Assembly (NCBI RefSeq): GCF_001194135.2
Contig: NC_068984.1
Span: 67,018,733-67,082,732, forward strand
DNA from: Octopus bimaculoides
Taxonomy: Eukaryota
Direction: 5' to 3'
DNA length: 64,000 bases
Shown here: positions 1 through 12,633 of the stretch, in pieces
Position numbering within the stretch: position 1 is the stretch's first letter
Layout of the letters: each line of letters opens with the position of its first letter
Position numbers and translations under genes: made by a program
Notes under the pieces: generated by a model
What the model saw: the letters and a program-made list of their open reading frames with translations, nothing else
The model's database searches: none
Told to the model about the DNA's origin: nothing

Positions 1-651
1 ATATATATATATATATATATACATACATGTATATCTATATGTGTGTGTATTTGTCCTCCAATACCATTTCACAACTGGTGTTGGTTTGTTTATGTCCCTG
101 TAACTGAATGGTTTGGCTAAAGTAAGCATTGGGGTTGATTTGTTTAACTAAGCACTTCGAGGAAGTGCCCCAGCATGGCCACAGTCCAATAAGTGAAACA
201 GGTAAAAAATAAAAGATATCATATCGAGCATGTATCAAAAAATAACTCTACCTCTCTTCATATCCAATTCCTCTGCCGTCCTTGTTATCCCCACCTTGCT
301 TTTCCAGTAAAATGATTATATAACCATGTATCAGAATCAGGTCTTTTTGCATCCTGATACATCCCACCATCACACTTATGTCCCACTAGCTGTCACTCTG
401 TCCTGCCATATCAATCATTATTTATGTCATTACTTTCAATTACCATTGCCAATTTCTATGTTTTATATATATATATCACTTGCCGTCACAATCTCACACT
501 CTCTCTCTCTCTTAGCGACCAAACAAATACCTGTTGCCACTGCCTTTCTCATATTACTGCCTTTCCTCCCAAGCACTGTCTCTCCTACTAATTTCCCTTC
601 TCTACTCCCATACTCCAATTCACTCTGTTTTTCTTATTATTCTTTTAATCT

Positions 652-847
652 TTTATTTGTTTCAGTCATTTGACTGTGGCCATACTGGAGTACCACCGTT
701 AATCAAACAAATCGACTACAGGACATTCTTTGTAAGCCGAGTACTTATTCTATCTGTCTCTTTTGGTGAACCACAATGTTACAAGAGATGTAAACACACC
801 AACATCGGTTGTCAAGCGATGGTGGAGGGACAAACACAGACACACAA

Positions 848-921
<74 letters not shown>

Positions 922-1075
922 GATGGGCTTCTTTCAATTTCCATCTATCAAATCAACTCACAAGGTTTTGGTTGATCCAAGAAAGACATCTGCCCAAGGT
1001 GCCATGCAGTGGGACTGAACTCAGAAACATGTGGTTGGTAAACAAGCTACATACCACACAGCCATACCATTTCTT
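652..1075 (-). mobile_element. SINE family A: tRNA-like head, internal CA/TA microsatellite, conserved 3' half
   Basis: Matches the 6330, 12150, 47605 and 48905 copies along its length. Confidence 0.85.
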
Positions 1076-1182
1076 TCATTCTCTCACTCTGTTTCATCCT
1101 CGATCAACACCATCTCTTTTTTTCCCACCCTTATCTCATCACAGAGGCAATGTGGAATCATAAGCACTTATTTCTCTTGCAG

Positions 1183-1373
1183 TGTAGAAGCAAATACGAT
1201 CAAACAAAACTGTTCAAATATATTTACAAGTCTCACTTAGCTTTCATTGATGATTAAACGATTCATTAATGCGTTACAGGCTTCAGTCCGTTTATATATG
1301 TATATAAGTTTGTACAGCATCTCACCTGTGAAGCACCAGTGCACAATGGGTTGAAATGATCGTAGTGAATAAA
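1183..1373 (+). CDS. Candidate terminal exon CRSKYDQTKLFKYIYKSHLAFIDD* (stop at 1257) with AATAAA at 1368
   Basis: Acceptor cttatttctcttgcag, stop codon, polyA signal and a U-rich downstream element. Confidence 0.2.
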
Positions 1374-2703
1374 GTGCCTTATGAAATTAATTTTCTTTCT
1401 CTTATCTCTTTATAAGTTTGTATTTCTGTTTTTATGACCTCTAGTGATGGTGCATTCACTAAATACACCATGGACACTAGAGATACAACTATAGAGATGG
1501 TGTCATAATAAAATCCACCCAGTGCACTCTGTAAAGTACTTGGTAAAATGAAGGACATCTGGTCATAGAAATCTTAGCAAAAATGCAATGTAAAAGTAAG
1601 ATGTGGCCCTCCAAACCCATCTAAGAAACACTTAATTCTGAATAAGAATTGATTGTAACAGTTGCAATAAATCCAGCTTATGCCAGCAAAGAAAGCAAAA
1701 GTAAAATGATCATAATGATGATTATGATGATGATAATGAGAAGGAGGCCAATGCATATAAATATTTATAAATTTATGGTAGGTGTGTGTATAAATATTGA
1801 TATATATATATATATATATATATAAGCACTGGTGCTAGTGCCACATAAAAAGCACCCAGTACCTGCTTTGAAGTGGTTGGCATTAGGAAGGGCATCCAGC
1901 TGCAGAAGCCATGCCAGAACAGACAATAAAACCTAGTGCAATCCCTGGCCTTACCAGCTCCAGTCAAACCATCCAACTCATGCCAGCATGGAAAATGGAT
2001 GTGTATAAATATTTCATTATATTTTAACAATTTCAAAACACTATATTATGAAAAGTATTAAATAAGATCTCCTGAACTAGCTAGTATGATATAAAATATC
2101 AAAAACATTAGATTCATTCTTTCTAAATAATTCTCACCACATAAATTTGTGTAAAGTACTTGAGACTAAAAACTGACGTTTTAACAACTGGATGAGAGCT
2201 CTTATATTTTGTCAATATTTTTTCTTTGAGAAAATATTATTTGACCAATGTAATTTGACAGAGTTGTATATGGCATGTGGGAATTCCATTTTATAAAAAC
2301 TTCTATAAAGTTCAAAAAGTCATATGCTGAAAAGTCATTAAATTTAGCAGCAAAAGTGTAAATGAAAACAAATAAAAATGTTTTTTTTTAAACAATGTAA
2401 CAAAAGAGACATTAAAATCAGTAGCAATATTTCAGTACTGGAAACTTCACCACTAAAAGGGAAAACCATTTGGGACTGTGCAAAAGTCAACAGTGAACAG
2501 AAACCAATACCTTAGTATGTAATTTATGAAGTCTTTGTTTTGTAATATTTAATAAAAATAATATTTTTTAATGAGTTTGTAACTTCAGTCATAATAAGAT
2601 CTCAATAAAAACAGAAAAACTTAATTCAAAACTAAAGCTATTTTCGAGTAAACACCCATAACATGAAATTATATATATCTACACACTTTCTTTCTCTCAC
2701 TCA

Positions 2704-2761
<58 letters not shown>

Positions 2762-2763
2762 AA

Positions 2764-2794
<31 letters not shown>

Positions 2795-3512
2795 ATGTCT
2801 ACAGATATCAGAGCATGTAAGAGATAGTCACAGAATATTAATATATATGTTTAATAAAACTCATACATATAATCTTGAACTTGTGTATATTTTGAATCAC
2901 CAGTTATTTCAAAGTAGATGTAATGTTTTTAACATTGTTTTTATAATACATCGAATTTCATGTACAACTTCGATTCAAGATTAAATAACACAAAATTCAA
3001 TTTCATATTTATAAAAGCAGATGGCAATCCTGTCTTTTCCCTAACATGATGTCCTAATTTTCAGGACCTGAAAATTTGAAGAGAAGAAGAGACGGACAGT
3101 GTATTCATTAGGTGACTGAGAGGAGACACTCATTTGGAGATGGGTATAGAGAATCAAGATGGGTATAGAGATGGGTATAGAGAGAAAGAGATAGAAAGAG
3201 AAAGAGAGAGAGAAAGAGAGAAAAAGACAGTGTGGGAGAATAATGTATATGTATATGTGTACACCCATACATATACATATATGTACACACATACACACAA
3301 GTGTACCTATACATCTGTTTGTCTATTCCTGTCTGAGCCTTCGCATTGTGCGTTTATAACATGAAACAATGACAATGTTTAAGTGGTGTCAATGCTCATA
3401 CAAGGTGCTGAAATCTGCTTGGTTGTTTTATAGTTTGTTAAGTTAAAGAGAGAACAAATTAAACACTTTGCATGGGAAAAAAGTAAGAGTTGATAACAGA
3501 AAGAGCATCTGG

Positions 3513-3686
3513 GTGTAGAAAACTGTCTCAGCAAGTTTCCTGTGACCCATGCTAGCATTGACAAAAGAAACATAAAAGCAGTGATGATTATATTCAAGAT
3601 ATATATATATAAAATCACTGGTTTTATGTCTCCTTTGTCAATGCTGGCATGGGTCACAGGAAACTTGCTGAGACAGTTTTCTACAC
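3513..3686. repeat. Fold-back inverted repeat with 73-bp arms and a 28-nt loop
   Basis: Arms 3513-3585 and 3614-3686 differ at 4 positions by my count. Confidence 0.92.
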
Positions 3687-3720
3687 ACACACACACACAC
3701 TCACACTTATGTATACACAG

Positions 3721-3755
<35 letters not shown>

Positions 3756-4273
3756 NNNNNNNNNNNNNNNNNNNNNNNNNNNNNNNNNNNNNNNNNNNNN
3801 NNNNNNNNNNNNNNNNNNNNNNNNNNNNNNNNNNNNNNNNNNNNNNNNNNNNNNNNNNNNNNNNNNNNNNNNNNNNNNNNNNNNNNNNNNNNNNNNNNNN
3901 NNNNNNNNNNNNNNNNNNNNNNNNNNNNNNNNNNNNNNNNNNNNNNNNNNNNNNNNNNNNNNNNNNNNNNNNNNNNNNNNNNNNNNNNNNNNNNNNNNNN
4001 NNNNNNNNNNNNNNNNNNNNNNNNNNNNNNNNNNNNNNNNNNNNNNNNNNNNNNNNNNNNNNNNNNNNNNNNNNNNNNNNNNNNNNNNNNNNNNNNNNNN
4101 NNNNNNNNNNNNNNNNNNNNNNNNNNNNNNNNNNNNNNNNNNNNNNNNNNNNNNNNNNNNNNNNNNNNNNNNNNNNNNNNNNNNNNNNNNNNNNNNNNNN
4201 NNNNNNNNNNNNNNNNNNNNNNNNNNNNNNNNNNNNNNNNNNNNNNNNNNNNNNNNNNNNNNNNNNNNNNNNN
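3756..4273. other. Assembly gap (N run)
   Basis: Other gaps: 10041-10445, 16301-16419, 23773-23811, 25282-25579, 29205-30117, 34415-34514, 35680-36044, 36416-37352, 41286-41295, 42483-42577, 62102-63077. Confidence 0.98.
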
Positions 4274-4757
4274 ACCCAAGTAATATATAATACAATCACA
4301 TACACACACACACACACAAAAAGCATGTATCATCACCATCATCACCATCATTCAAAGTCCATCTTCCATGTACATATATATATGCACTTATATATATACA
4401 TATATGTATACCTGTCTCTTTGTATATATATATATATGCATGTATGTACATATGTATGTGTTTGAGTGTGCACTCATATGTGTATGCACATACACAATGT
4501 AATCTCTGGAACTGAATTGCAATGTACAACCAAAGCAAGCAAAACATTGCAATAACCTATCAAACAATTGGAAAGAACAAAAAAATAACAAAAACAAATA
4601 AAGCAAAACAAAAACAAAAAGAAAAACCAAAAACAAGCAAAATGAAAACTTCTGTTCAAGATGGTTTTCACATCACCATAAGGATTCAACTGAAACTAGT
4701 TGAAATTGCCAAATTCATACTTAATGAGAAAACCTCTGTTAATATTGATTTTCAAAG

Positions 4758-4812
4758 TCACAACTTATGGCCCAAGGATAAAAATTCAACATGGGTTATT
4801 TGCTTGTATTTG
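4758..4812 (-). CDS. Candidate terminal exon, (S)KYKQITHVEFLSLGHKL*
   Basis: Strong polypyrimidine acceptor ttctttcctgtcttttgtag; the frame is uncertain. Confidence 0.2.
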
Positions 4813-5121
4813 CTACAAAAGACAGGAAAGAATGAAGGATGGAGAGAAGAAAAAGAGGATGAGATGGAATGGCGAATGTTTTCAGTGTGTGAGAAAGACA
4901 AATAGGGAAAAAAATTGTCGCTTTTGCTTTATTAAAGGTGATGTATTAAGTTTTATTTTGTTTCATTCTATCTTATTTTGTTATTTTCTTTTGGGGAAAC
5001 AAAGATACAGATATAGACTTTTTTTCCCAGATGAGGAGAATGCAATAATAAAGGAAAAGAAATGAGAAATGTTACAATGTTATTGACTTTATATTAATCC
5101 ATCTACCTATGTACGTGTATA

Positions 5122-5158
<37 letters not shown>

Positions 5159-5697
5159 TGTGTATACGTGTGTATGTATATATATATATATATATATATA
5201 TAATCATCATTTATCATCTGTTTTCCATGTTGCTATGGTTCGGACAGTTTGACCAGAGCTGGTAAGGTTTGGGGCTGCATCAGGCTCCATTGTCTGTTCT
5301 ATTATGGTTTCTACAGCTGGATGCCCTTCCTTATGCCAACCACTTCACAGTGTGTATTGCATGCTCTTTATATGGCACCAGCACCAATGCTTTTATATAT
5401 ATATACACAAAATATATAAAATCATATACGCATGTGTGTGTGTGTATGTATCTATCTGTTTATTTACAATTACATGTGTTCTTATACATATACACACATA
5501 TTTGTTGTACCAATGTGATAGGGCACCTTTGACACAAGTCTCATGAAGTGTCATTCAAATATCTAAAACTGCAAATATTATGCAAATTTTCACTTTGAAT
5601 TTTCCATAAACTGGCTTTGCAAGCTGAGTTGCTACAGAAACAATTGTAATGAATCATTAGAGATGTGTTAAAAAAATTTTTTTATCTTATTATTTAG

Positions 5698-5750
<53 letters not shown>

Positions 5751-5892
5751 TTATAAATACAAATCTATATTTATATACATACACATGCATCCATACATAC
5801 ATAAAGCACATGCAGTATATAACTGTGACTGATACTAAAATATATAGAACACTGGAAAGTGGCTAATAATAATAGTATATGCAATCAAGTAT

Positions 5893-5925
<33 letters not shown>

Positions 5926-6246
5926 ACACACACACACACTCATATAAGCACACTAAGTATATATGCATGCATACACCTGTGGTGTTTTGCTTTTGTGGAT
6001 TACTGATGATTGAATTTGTGACAAACATGAAACTATGAGTAACTTTCCTTTGTTAATTCAAGCACCATTTGTGCCAATATTAATATGGAGATAGATAAAT
6101 ACATATGTACATTACATACAGATGATTTATCAGAAATGATTGTATCATATTATATCTTATTTGTGAAAAGCAAATAAACAAGTAGTTCCCCATGCTGCAT
6201 GAAAAAGTGGAATAATATTTATTCATGGAATGGTCATAACTTGCAG

Positions 6247-6314
6247 GTTTTTTGTTCCCAAATCCTCAAGTAATTCAGTGTTATGACTCACACAGACTCA
6301 ACTTTGAATATATG
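6247..6314 (+). CDS. Candidate internal exon, (G)FLFPNPQVIQCYDSHRLNFEYM
   Basis: Acceptor cataacttgcag and donor ATG|gtaaga enclose an open frame. The donor also resembles the neighbouring SINE A head. Confidence 0.25.
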
Positions 6315-6329
6315 GTAAGAAGCTATAGG

Positions 6330-6690
6330 TGCAGGAGTGGCTGTGTGGTAAGAAGCTTGCTTCTCAACCACTTGGCTCCGGGTTCAGTCCCACTACTTAG
6401 CACCTTGGGCAAGTGTCTTCTACTGGAGCCTTAGGCCAACCAAAGCCTTCTGAGTGGATTTGGTAGATGGAAACTGAAAGAAGCCCATCGTATATATGTC
6501 TGTGTTTGTCCCCCCCCCACCACCATTGCTTGACAACTGATGTTAGTGTGCTTATGTCCCTGTAACTTAGCAATTCAGCAAAAGAGACTGATAGAATAAG
6601 TACTAGGCTTACAAAGAATAAATCCCGGGGTTGATTTGTTTGACTAAAGGCAGTGCTCCAGCATGGCCACAGTCAAATGACTGAAACAAA
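6330..6690 (+). mobile_element. SINE family A, full length, heavily CpG-deaminated
   Basis: Head GTGGCTGTGTGGTAAG...GGGTTCAGTCCC, core CACCTTGGGCAAGTGTCTTC, 3' end CCAGCATGGCCACAGTCAAATGACTGAAAC. Confidence 0.88.
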
Positions 6691-6737
6691 TAATTGTGAA
6701 ACAAAAAAATATATATAAATATATATATATTGTATAT

Positions 6738-7000
6738 TCATCATCATCATCATCATCATCGTTTAACGTCCGCTTTCCATGCTAGCATGGGTTGGACGAT
6801 TTGACTGAGGACTGGTGCAACCGGATGGCTACACCAGGCTCCAATCTAATTTGGCAGAGTTTCTACAGCTGGATGCCCTTCCTAACGCCAACCACTCAGA
6901 GAGTGTAGTGGGTGCTTTTACGTGTCACCCGCACGAAAACGGCCACGCTTGAAATGGTGTCTTTTATGTGCCACCCACACAAGAGCCAGTCCAGAGGCAC
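6738..7000 (-). mobile_element. Repeat family D with a (GAT)n tail; related copies at about 1828-2003(+) and 5205-5392(-)
   Basis: Shared motifs CTACAGCTGGATGCCCTTCCTAACGCCAACCAC and TTTCCATGCTAGCATGGGTTGGACG, adjacent to CAT/GAT tracts. Confidence 0.75.
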
Positions 7001-7950
7001 TGAAAATAAAATATATATATTATATGGAGTTAGGGTAAATCCCAGCTGTTTCCTCTTATTACAATCCAATATGTGGTCTCAATTGTAGTCCAATATGTAG
7101 TCTCAGTTGCTGCTGTATGTTAGCTCAAAATACATATTAAAATTGAGAATTATGGAAATTATTATTTGCAGAGCCATTGTATAACAAAACAGGCAATAAG
7201 AATGTTTTTGTATTATGTATTCACCATCATACATGTTTCATTTGCTAATAGGATTTATGAAGTTTTACAGGTTAAATACGCATGCAATAAACTTCCTGAT
7301 GAATTTCTAACTGAAAATTCTTTACATGTCTATATAACATGGAAAACTTTGTAGTTCCTATTAACATATGAAACATGTGCAATGATGAATAAATAATACC
7401 CCATAATTTCCAGTTTCCTGTTTTATATCTGTATATTGGATATAATCATCTGTAACTTGATACAATAATATTACAAAAAATCTTAGCATACCTTTAGTAA
7501 AATGTACAATGTGGGAAGATGAAAAAAGGACTAAATTGGTTTTAGCAATCCATTCCTACTAAGCCAACTTAGCCTTGCTCATCTTCCCTTGGTATGCCTC
7601 TGTTACACACATACATACAATACCTACTGACCTACCTATCCACTTACCTACCTCCCTCCCTACCTACCTACCTACCTACCTACCTACCTACCTACCTACC
7701 TGCCTGCCTGCCTGCCTGCCTACCTACCTACCTACCTACCTATGCACATACATTTACACTCTCAGCTCTAACCTAGATGGTAGGGTCAACTTGCATTGTG
7801 TTTTACTTTTGTAATTCACCTGAAGAATACAAAAGTTTTGCATGATGTACCATTATTTTTCATCAATAAAGAACACAATTGAAACAGCTGTAGTGAACCT
7901 CAATCCATCTGTGTTATTATTTATCTATACATATATATATATATATATAT

Positions 7951-8107
7951 AATCAAAATAAGCAACAGGATATCAAAAAGTGATGCAGTGCGACCGTTTC
8001 AAGCGGCTTCATTTAATTGAACAATGCAAAAATTATATCAATTTAAATGCAGGGCTTGAAACGGTTGTAATGCATCACTACTTGATATCTTGTTACTTAT
8101 TTTGATT
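7951..8107. repeat. Imperfect inverted repeat with arms of about 60-70 bp, following (TA)n
   Basis: AATCAAAATAAGCAACAGGATATCAA...CCGTTTCAAGC versus GCTTGAAACGG...TTGATATCTTGTTACTTATTTTGATT. Confidence 0.85.
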
Positions 8108-8214
8108 TTAGTCACTTTACTTTGAGCTGTGCGGATAATACCAGACTGACTTGGTGCTTCAATTTAAGTACCTAATTCAACTGAATCTCAATTATTTCTT
8201 TATTGAGATTTATT

Positions 8215-8246
<32 letters not shown>

Positions 8247-8456
8247 TTATAATGGTCACAGTGAAATTATCACATGTAGATGTGTCCTGCATTCAGAAAC
8301 AGGTCTAATTAAAGAGAGAGAAAGAAACAGAGAGAGGGACAGACAGACAGAAGAGAGAGAGAGAGGGTGTGTGGACAGGGATATATGTATATGTTTGCGT
8401 ATATTTATATATATTTGTATCTGTGTTTGTGTACACACACATACCATCATTACAAC

Positions 8457-8620
8457 ACGCTTCTTTCAGTTTCCACCTACCAAATACATTCAGTAGCCTT
8501 TGGTCAGCATTAGACCAGTGTTATAGCAGAAGATGACACATGATCAAAGTACTATGCAAGGGATTTGAACCTGAAACCATGTGGTGGAGAAGCAAACTTC
8601 TCAACTGCACAGTCAGTCAT
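8457..8620 (-). mobile_element. SINE family A 5' half
   Basis: CTTCTTTCAGTTTCC...GAACCTGAAACCATGTGG. Similar half copies lie at about 15043-15190(+), 16426-16588(-), 19722-19878(-), 34570-34720(-), 36234-36340(+), 37398-37545(-), 39260-39405(+) and 59600-59760(+). Confidence 0.75.
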
Positions 8621-9239
8621 ACACCCATATATATATATATATACATATATACATACATATATATATATAATAATAATAATAATATCTGGGTTATAACTTT
8701 ATAGCATGCTTCCCAAAGCTCCTCTTTTGGTATTGGCTACCAGATGTTATCATATAGTAGGACTTCTTTTACTAGATATACATATGGAAATCTGCAAGTA
8801 TCCATAGAGTTTATAGAAAAGAATTTGAATAAACTATATTCTACAATAATATTAATATATATATATATATATATATACACACAGAAACACACACACACAT
8901 ATATATGTGCACATACACACAAACAGATAAATATATGCTTACATATACACGTACGTATACATGCATACACATACATGCACACACACACACACACATACAC
9001 ACACACACTTACATCTATGTGTTGTAGTACTGAAAAGGAATTTTTACTGAATTGCATTATTCATATAAATTTGTAGAACGTAATAATAGGAATCAGTATT
9101 AAACTCAAGGCGTGGCACAATTCCACTTCGAAGCAATGGAAAGAATGGTGGAAGTTGATGCAAAACAGCTGAAACTTAACAGCAAAATGAATAATAAAAG
9201 ACGTGTTGAGAGAGAACTAAATTTTCAATCCCTGTCCAT

Positions 9240-9410
9240 AAGAACTAACAACTAAAACAGTAATGACTGCAACAATACAGACTGCCCGAATGCATACAAT
9301 AAAACTGGCTTGAATTTTAATAAGAATTATCTACTAACAATTGATATAGCAATACCAAATGGCTATAATATTGTATGAGACAGAGCTGAAAAGCTAAGGT
9401 TGTACACCTA
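9240..9410 (+). mobile_element. Old R4/Dong-type RLE endonuclease remnant
   Basis: From 9319 it translates to NKNYLLTIDIAIPNGYNIV*DRAEKLRLY, matching the IDIAIPxDxNIxxxxxEKxxxY RLE motif. Confidence 0.65.
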
Positions 9411-9694
9411 GGTAGTTCTTGAATTAATAATAATGATGGACTCTTCCATTGAAGACAACGGGTGTGTTCAGCTTTTGCTGAACGAGCTCACAAATGATTT
9501 GTTTATAGTGATCAAGTGTTCTTGCTGTGCATTTGTTCACTCTTCTCCATCAGATCAATGTTCTCTTAACAGGTGTTGAAGTGATCACAGAGAAACACGA
9601 GATAAAGTGATTTTACTCAAAGAACCCAACGCACAACCTGGTCTAGGAATTGAAATTATGATTGCTAGATCATGAGTGCAACACTCTGACCACT

Positions 9695-10040
9695 AAAGAT
9701 CTTGAAATAGAAATTAGCAAAATGTGGAACCTGAAGACTAAAACAATACCTATTGCCATAGGTGCCCTGGGAATGACAGCAAAACGGGCTGATTACTACC
9801 TAGCTCAGATACCAGGAAACCCCAAAATGGCTGAAGTTCAAAAGATAGTGCTCATAGGAACTGCCCATATCCTACGTAAAATACTGTCTATGTGATCTCA
9901 AATTTTAAAACAAACACAATTTTCTTATGATTTCTTAAACATTCTCTAGAACAACACTATGTACAAATCCAAATATATGGTACCCTAGGCATAACACCTA
10001 TATGAACTTCTAAGTTGTTGTCTCTTGAGGTCTCTGGGTG
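9695..10040 (+). mobile_element. 3' fragment of an R4/Dong-type (RLE) non-LTR retrotransposon
   Basis: KDLEIEISKMWNLKTKTIPIAIGALG...GTAHILRKILSM* (to 9895) is the typical C-terminus of R4/Dong ORFs; a 3'UTR follows up to the gap. Confidence 0.85.
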
Positions 10041-10445
10041 NNNNNNNNNNNNNNNNNNNNNNNNNNNNNNNNNNNNNNNNNNNNNNNNNNNNNNNNNNNN
10101 NNNNNNNNNNNNNNNNNNNNNNNNNNNNNNNNNNNNNNNNNNNNNNNNNNNNNNNNNNNNNNNNNNNNNNNNNNNNNNNNNNNNNNNNNNNNNNNNNNNN
10201 NNNNNNNNNNNNNNNNNNNNNNNNNNNNNNNNNNNNNNNNNNNNNNNNNNNNNNNNNNNNNNNNNNNNNNNNNNNNNNNNNNNNNNNNNNNNNNNNNNNN
10301 NNNNNNNNNNNNNNNNNNNNNNNNNNNNNNNNNNNNNNNNNNNNNNNNNNNNNNNNNNNNNNNNNNNNNNNNNNNNNNNNNNNNNNNNNNNNNNNNNNNN
10401 NNNNNNNNNNNNNNNNNNNNNNNNNNNNNNNNNNNNNNNNNNNNN

Positions 10446-10775
10446 ACAAAGACCTGGAAATAGAGGTAACTCGAATGTGGAATCTAAAAACAGAAACAAT
10501 TCCTATCATAGTAGGTGCCTTAGGTATAATAAAAAAATATTCAGACAAATACATAACAAAAACACCAGGACTTACAAATATATATAACATACAGAAAATT
10601 GCACTACTGGGCACTGCACACATCCTACGCAAAACACTTTCAGTACAGTAACCATAAGAGCATCACAGCAAACCACAGCACATACCCGAGGCACACAGAG
10701 CTGCGCTCGGTAGTGAAGTGAAAGCACGTTATAGAAATAAAACTACTGAATAATAATAATAATAATAATGATAAT
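10446..10775 (+). mobile_element. 3' end of a second R4/Dong-type subfamily with a (TAA)n tail
   Basis: KDLEIEVTRMWNLKTETIPIIVGALG...GTAHILRKTLSVQ* (to 10651), then a short 3'UTR and (TAA)n from about 10750. Confidence 0.88.
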
Positions 10776-10784
10776 GATGATAGA

Positions 10785-11075
10785 CTCTCCTGTCAAAGAT
10801 GATGCATGAGTGTTCGGTTTTTGCCAAATGAGCTGCACAAAAGATTAGTTCATAGTGGTCAAATGTTTGTGCTGTACATTAGCTCACTCTTTCCATCAAA
10901 TCCAAGTTGCCTGAACAGGTGCATGGTGTACGCATGGTGTACCATGGATCAGGTGTCAAAGTGATCACAAAGCAACATGAAATAAAGTGATCTTCCTAAA
11001 AGAACACAATGCACTACCTGGTCTAGGAATTGAAATCACAATTGCTAGATCATGAGTGTAACACCTTGACCACCC
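10785..11075 (-). mobile_element. SINE family C variant; related copies at 9425-9692 and 58405-58640
   Basis: All share the CTAGATCATGAGTGYAACAC end and the CAAAGAACACAATGCAC core. Confidence 0.75.
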
Positions 11076-11325
11076 TAATAACAGAAGCAATATTGATAAT
11101 AAAAATAATAAGGATTTTAAATTTTGGCCCAAGGCCAGAAATTTTGAAATATGGGGTAAGGCTATTACATCGACCCCAGTGCTCTACTGGTACCTATTCT
11201 AGCGACTCTGAATGGGATAAACGGCAAAGTCAACTTTAGTGAAATTTGAACTCAGAACATAACGACAACTGAAATGCTGCTAAGCATTTTACCCAGCATG
11301 CTAATGATTCTGCCAGCTTGCAGCC

Positions 11326-11365
<40 letters not shown>

Positions 11366-12149
11366 TGATGATGATGATGATGATGATAATGATAATAATA
11401 ATTATAATAATAATTATAACAATAATCCTTTCTATTATATGTTCAAGGCCTGAAATTTTGTGGAAGAAGGGCCAAGTTGAATACATTGACCCCACTGCTC
11501 AACTGGTACTCACTTTATTAACCTTGAAAGGATGAAAAGCAATGTTGACCTAGGCAGAATTTGAACTCCGATCAGTTTGATGATGATTATATTGATCGTT
11601 ATCATCATTATTGTCTTAATGTCTACTACTTTCCTATGCTTGAGTCTGATGAAAGAACAGAAAAATATACATATATAGGTACATCTTTATATACTAGAAA
11701 CACATGTACACACATATCTCAGCTATACATATAACATAGAACCTCAAACTACATTAATATATAAAACATATAATTAAGATTTTAAAGCACTAATACAAAG
11801 GATGATGATGATAATTTGTTGATTAAACATTAACAACCTGATAAAATTTATCAGAGGAAATTGAAATGAATATACAAGGGACATAACAAATAAATAAGTA
11901 TGCCATAGTTATTTCCCTTGAACATCTTGAAATATTGTTTATCTTTAAGATGATGAATTTTAGAAATAATCCTGAACATTTATCATTATTATTAGTATCA
12001 TTGTTTTTTCGATGCTGAGCTACCTTTCAACCTTTTGGTATCAATGATGACAAAATTCCCCTCATATACCTGGTTTGATTAAATCGATTATATATTTTGG
12101 AAAGAAAGTATATATGCGTCAAATTCAGAAATTCTTGTTTTCTTTATAC

Positions 12150-12533
12150 TCTTTACTCTCTTTTATTTGTTTCAGTCGTTTGACTGCGGCCATACTGGAG
12201 CACCGCCTTTAGTCGAGCAAATCGACCCCAGGACTTATTCTTTGTAAGCCTCGTACTTATTCTATCAGTTCTTTTGCAGAACCAGTTTAGTTAAGGGGAT
12301 GTAAACGCACCAGCATCGGTTGTCAAGTGATGTTGGCGGGGACAAACACAGACACTCACATACATGTATATATATATATGTATACATATAAACGACGAGC
12401 TTCTTTCAGTTTCCGTCTACCAAATCTACTCACAATGCTTTGGTCGACCCGAGGCTATAGTAGAATACACTTGCTGAAGGTGCCACGGAACCATGTGGTT
12501 GGTAAGCAAGCTACTTACCACACAGCCACTCCT
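12150..12533 (-). mobile_element. SINE family A, full length
   Basis: Reverse complement of the family A body; most CpGs are retained. Confidence 0.85.
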
Positions 12534-12592
12534 ACCCTAATATGTTACTATAAATACCAAAGAGAGAGCATATCCTCTATGTAATCATTCAC

Positions 12593-12633
12593 CCTTCTAT
12601 AAATAGGAGGTAAAATTGCTTTAAATTTCTGTT
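12593..12633 (-). CDS. Candidate internal exon of an unidentified host gene, (E)QKFKAILPPIYRR
   Basis: Acceptor tatccttccttttttatggcag and donor AGG|gtgaat; no homology recognised. Confidence 0.25.

Noticed and set aside
534-1163. 209-aa ORF
   Set aside because: It reads through a SINE A copy and its (TA)n tract, giving YIYIYI.
7296-7320. CTGATGA...GAAA match (also at about 11647 and, on the minus strand, about 51573)
   Set aside because: No credible stem I or stem III; expected by chance in AT-rich DNA.
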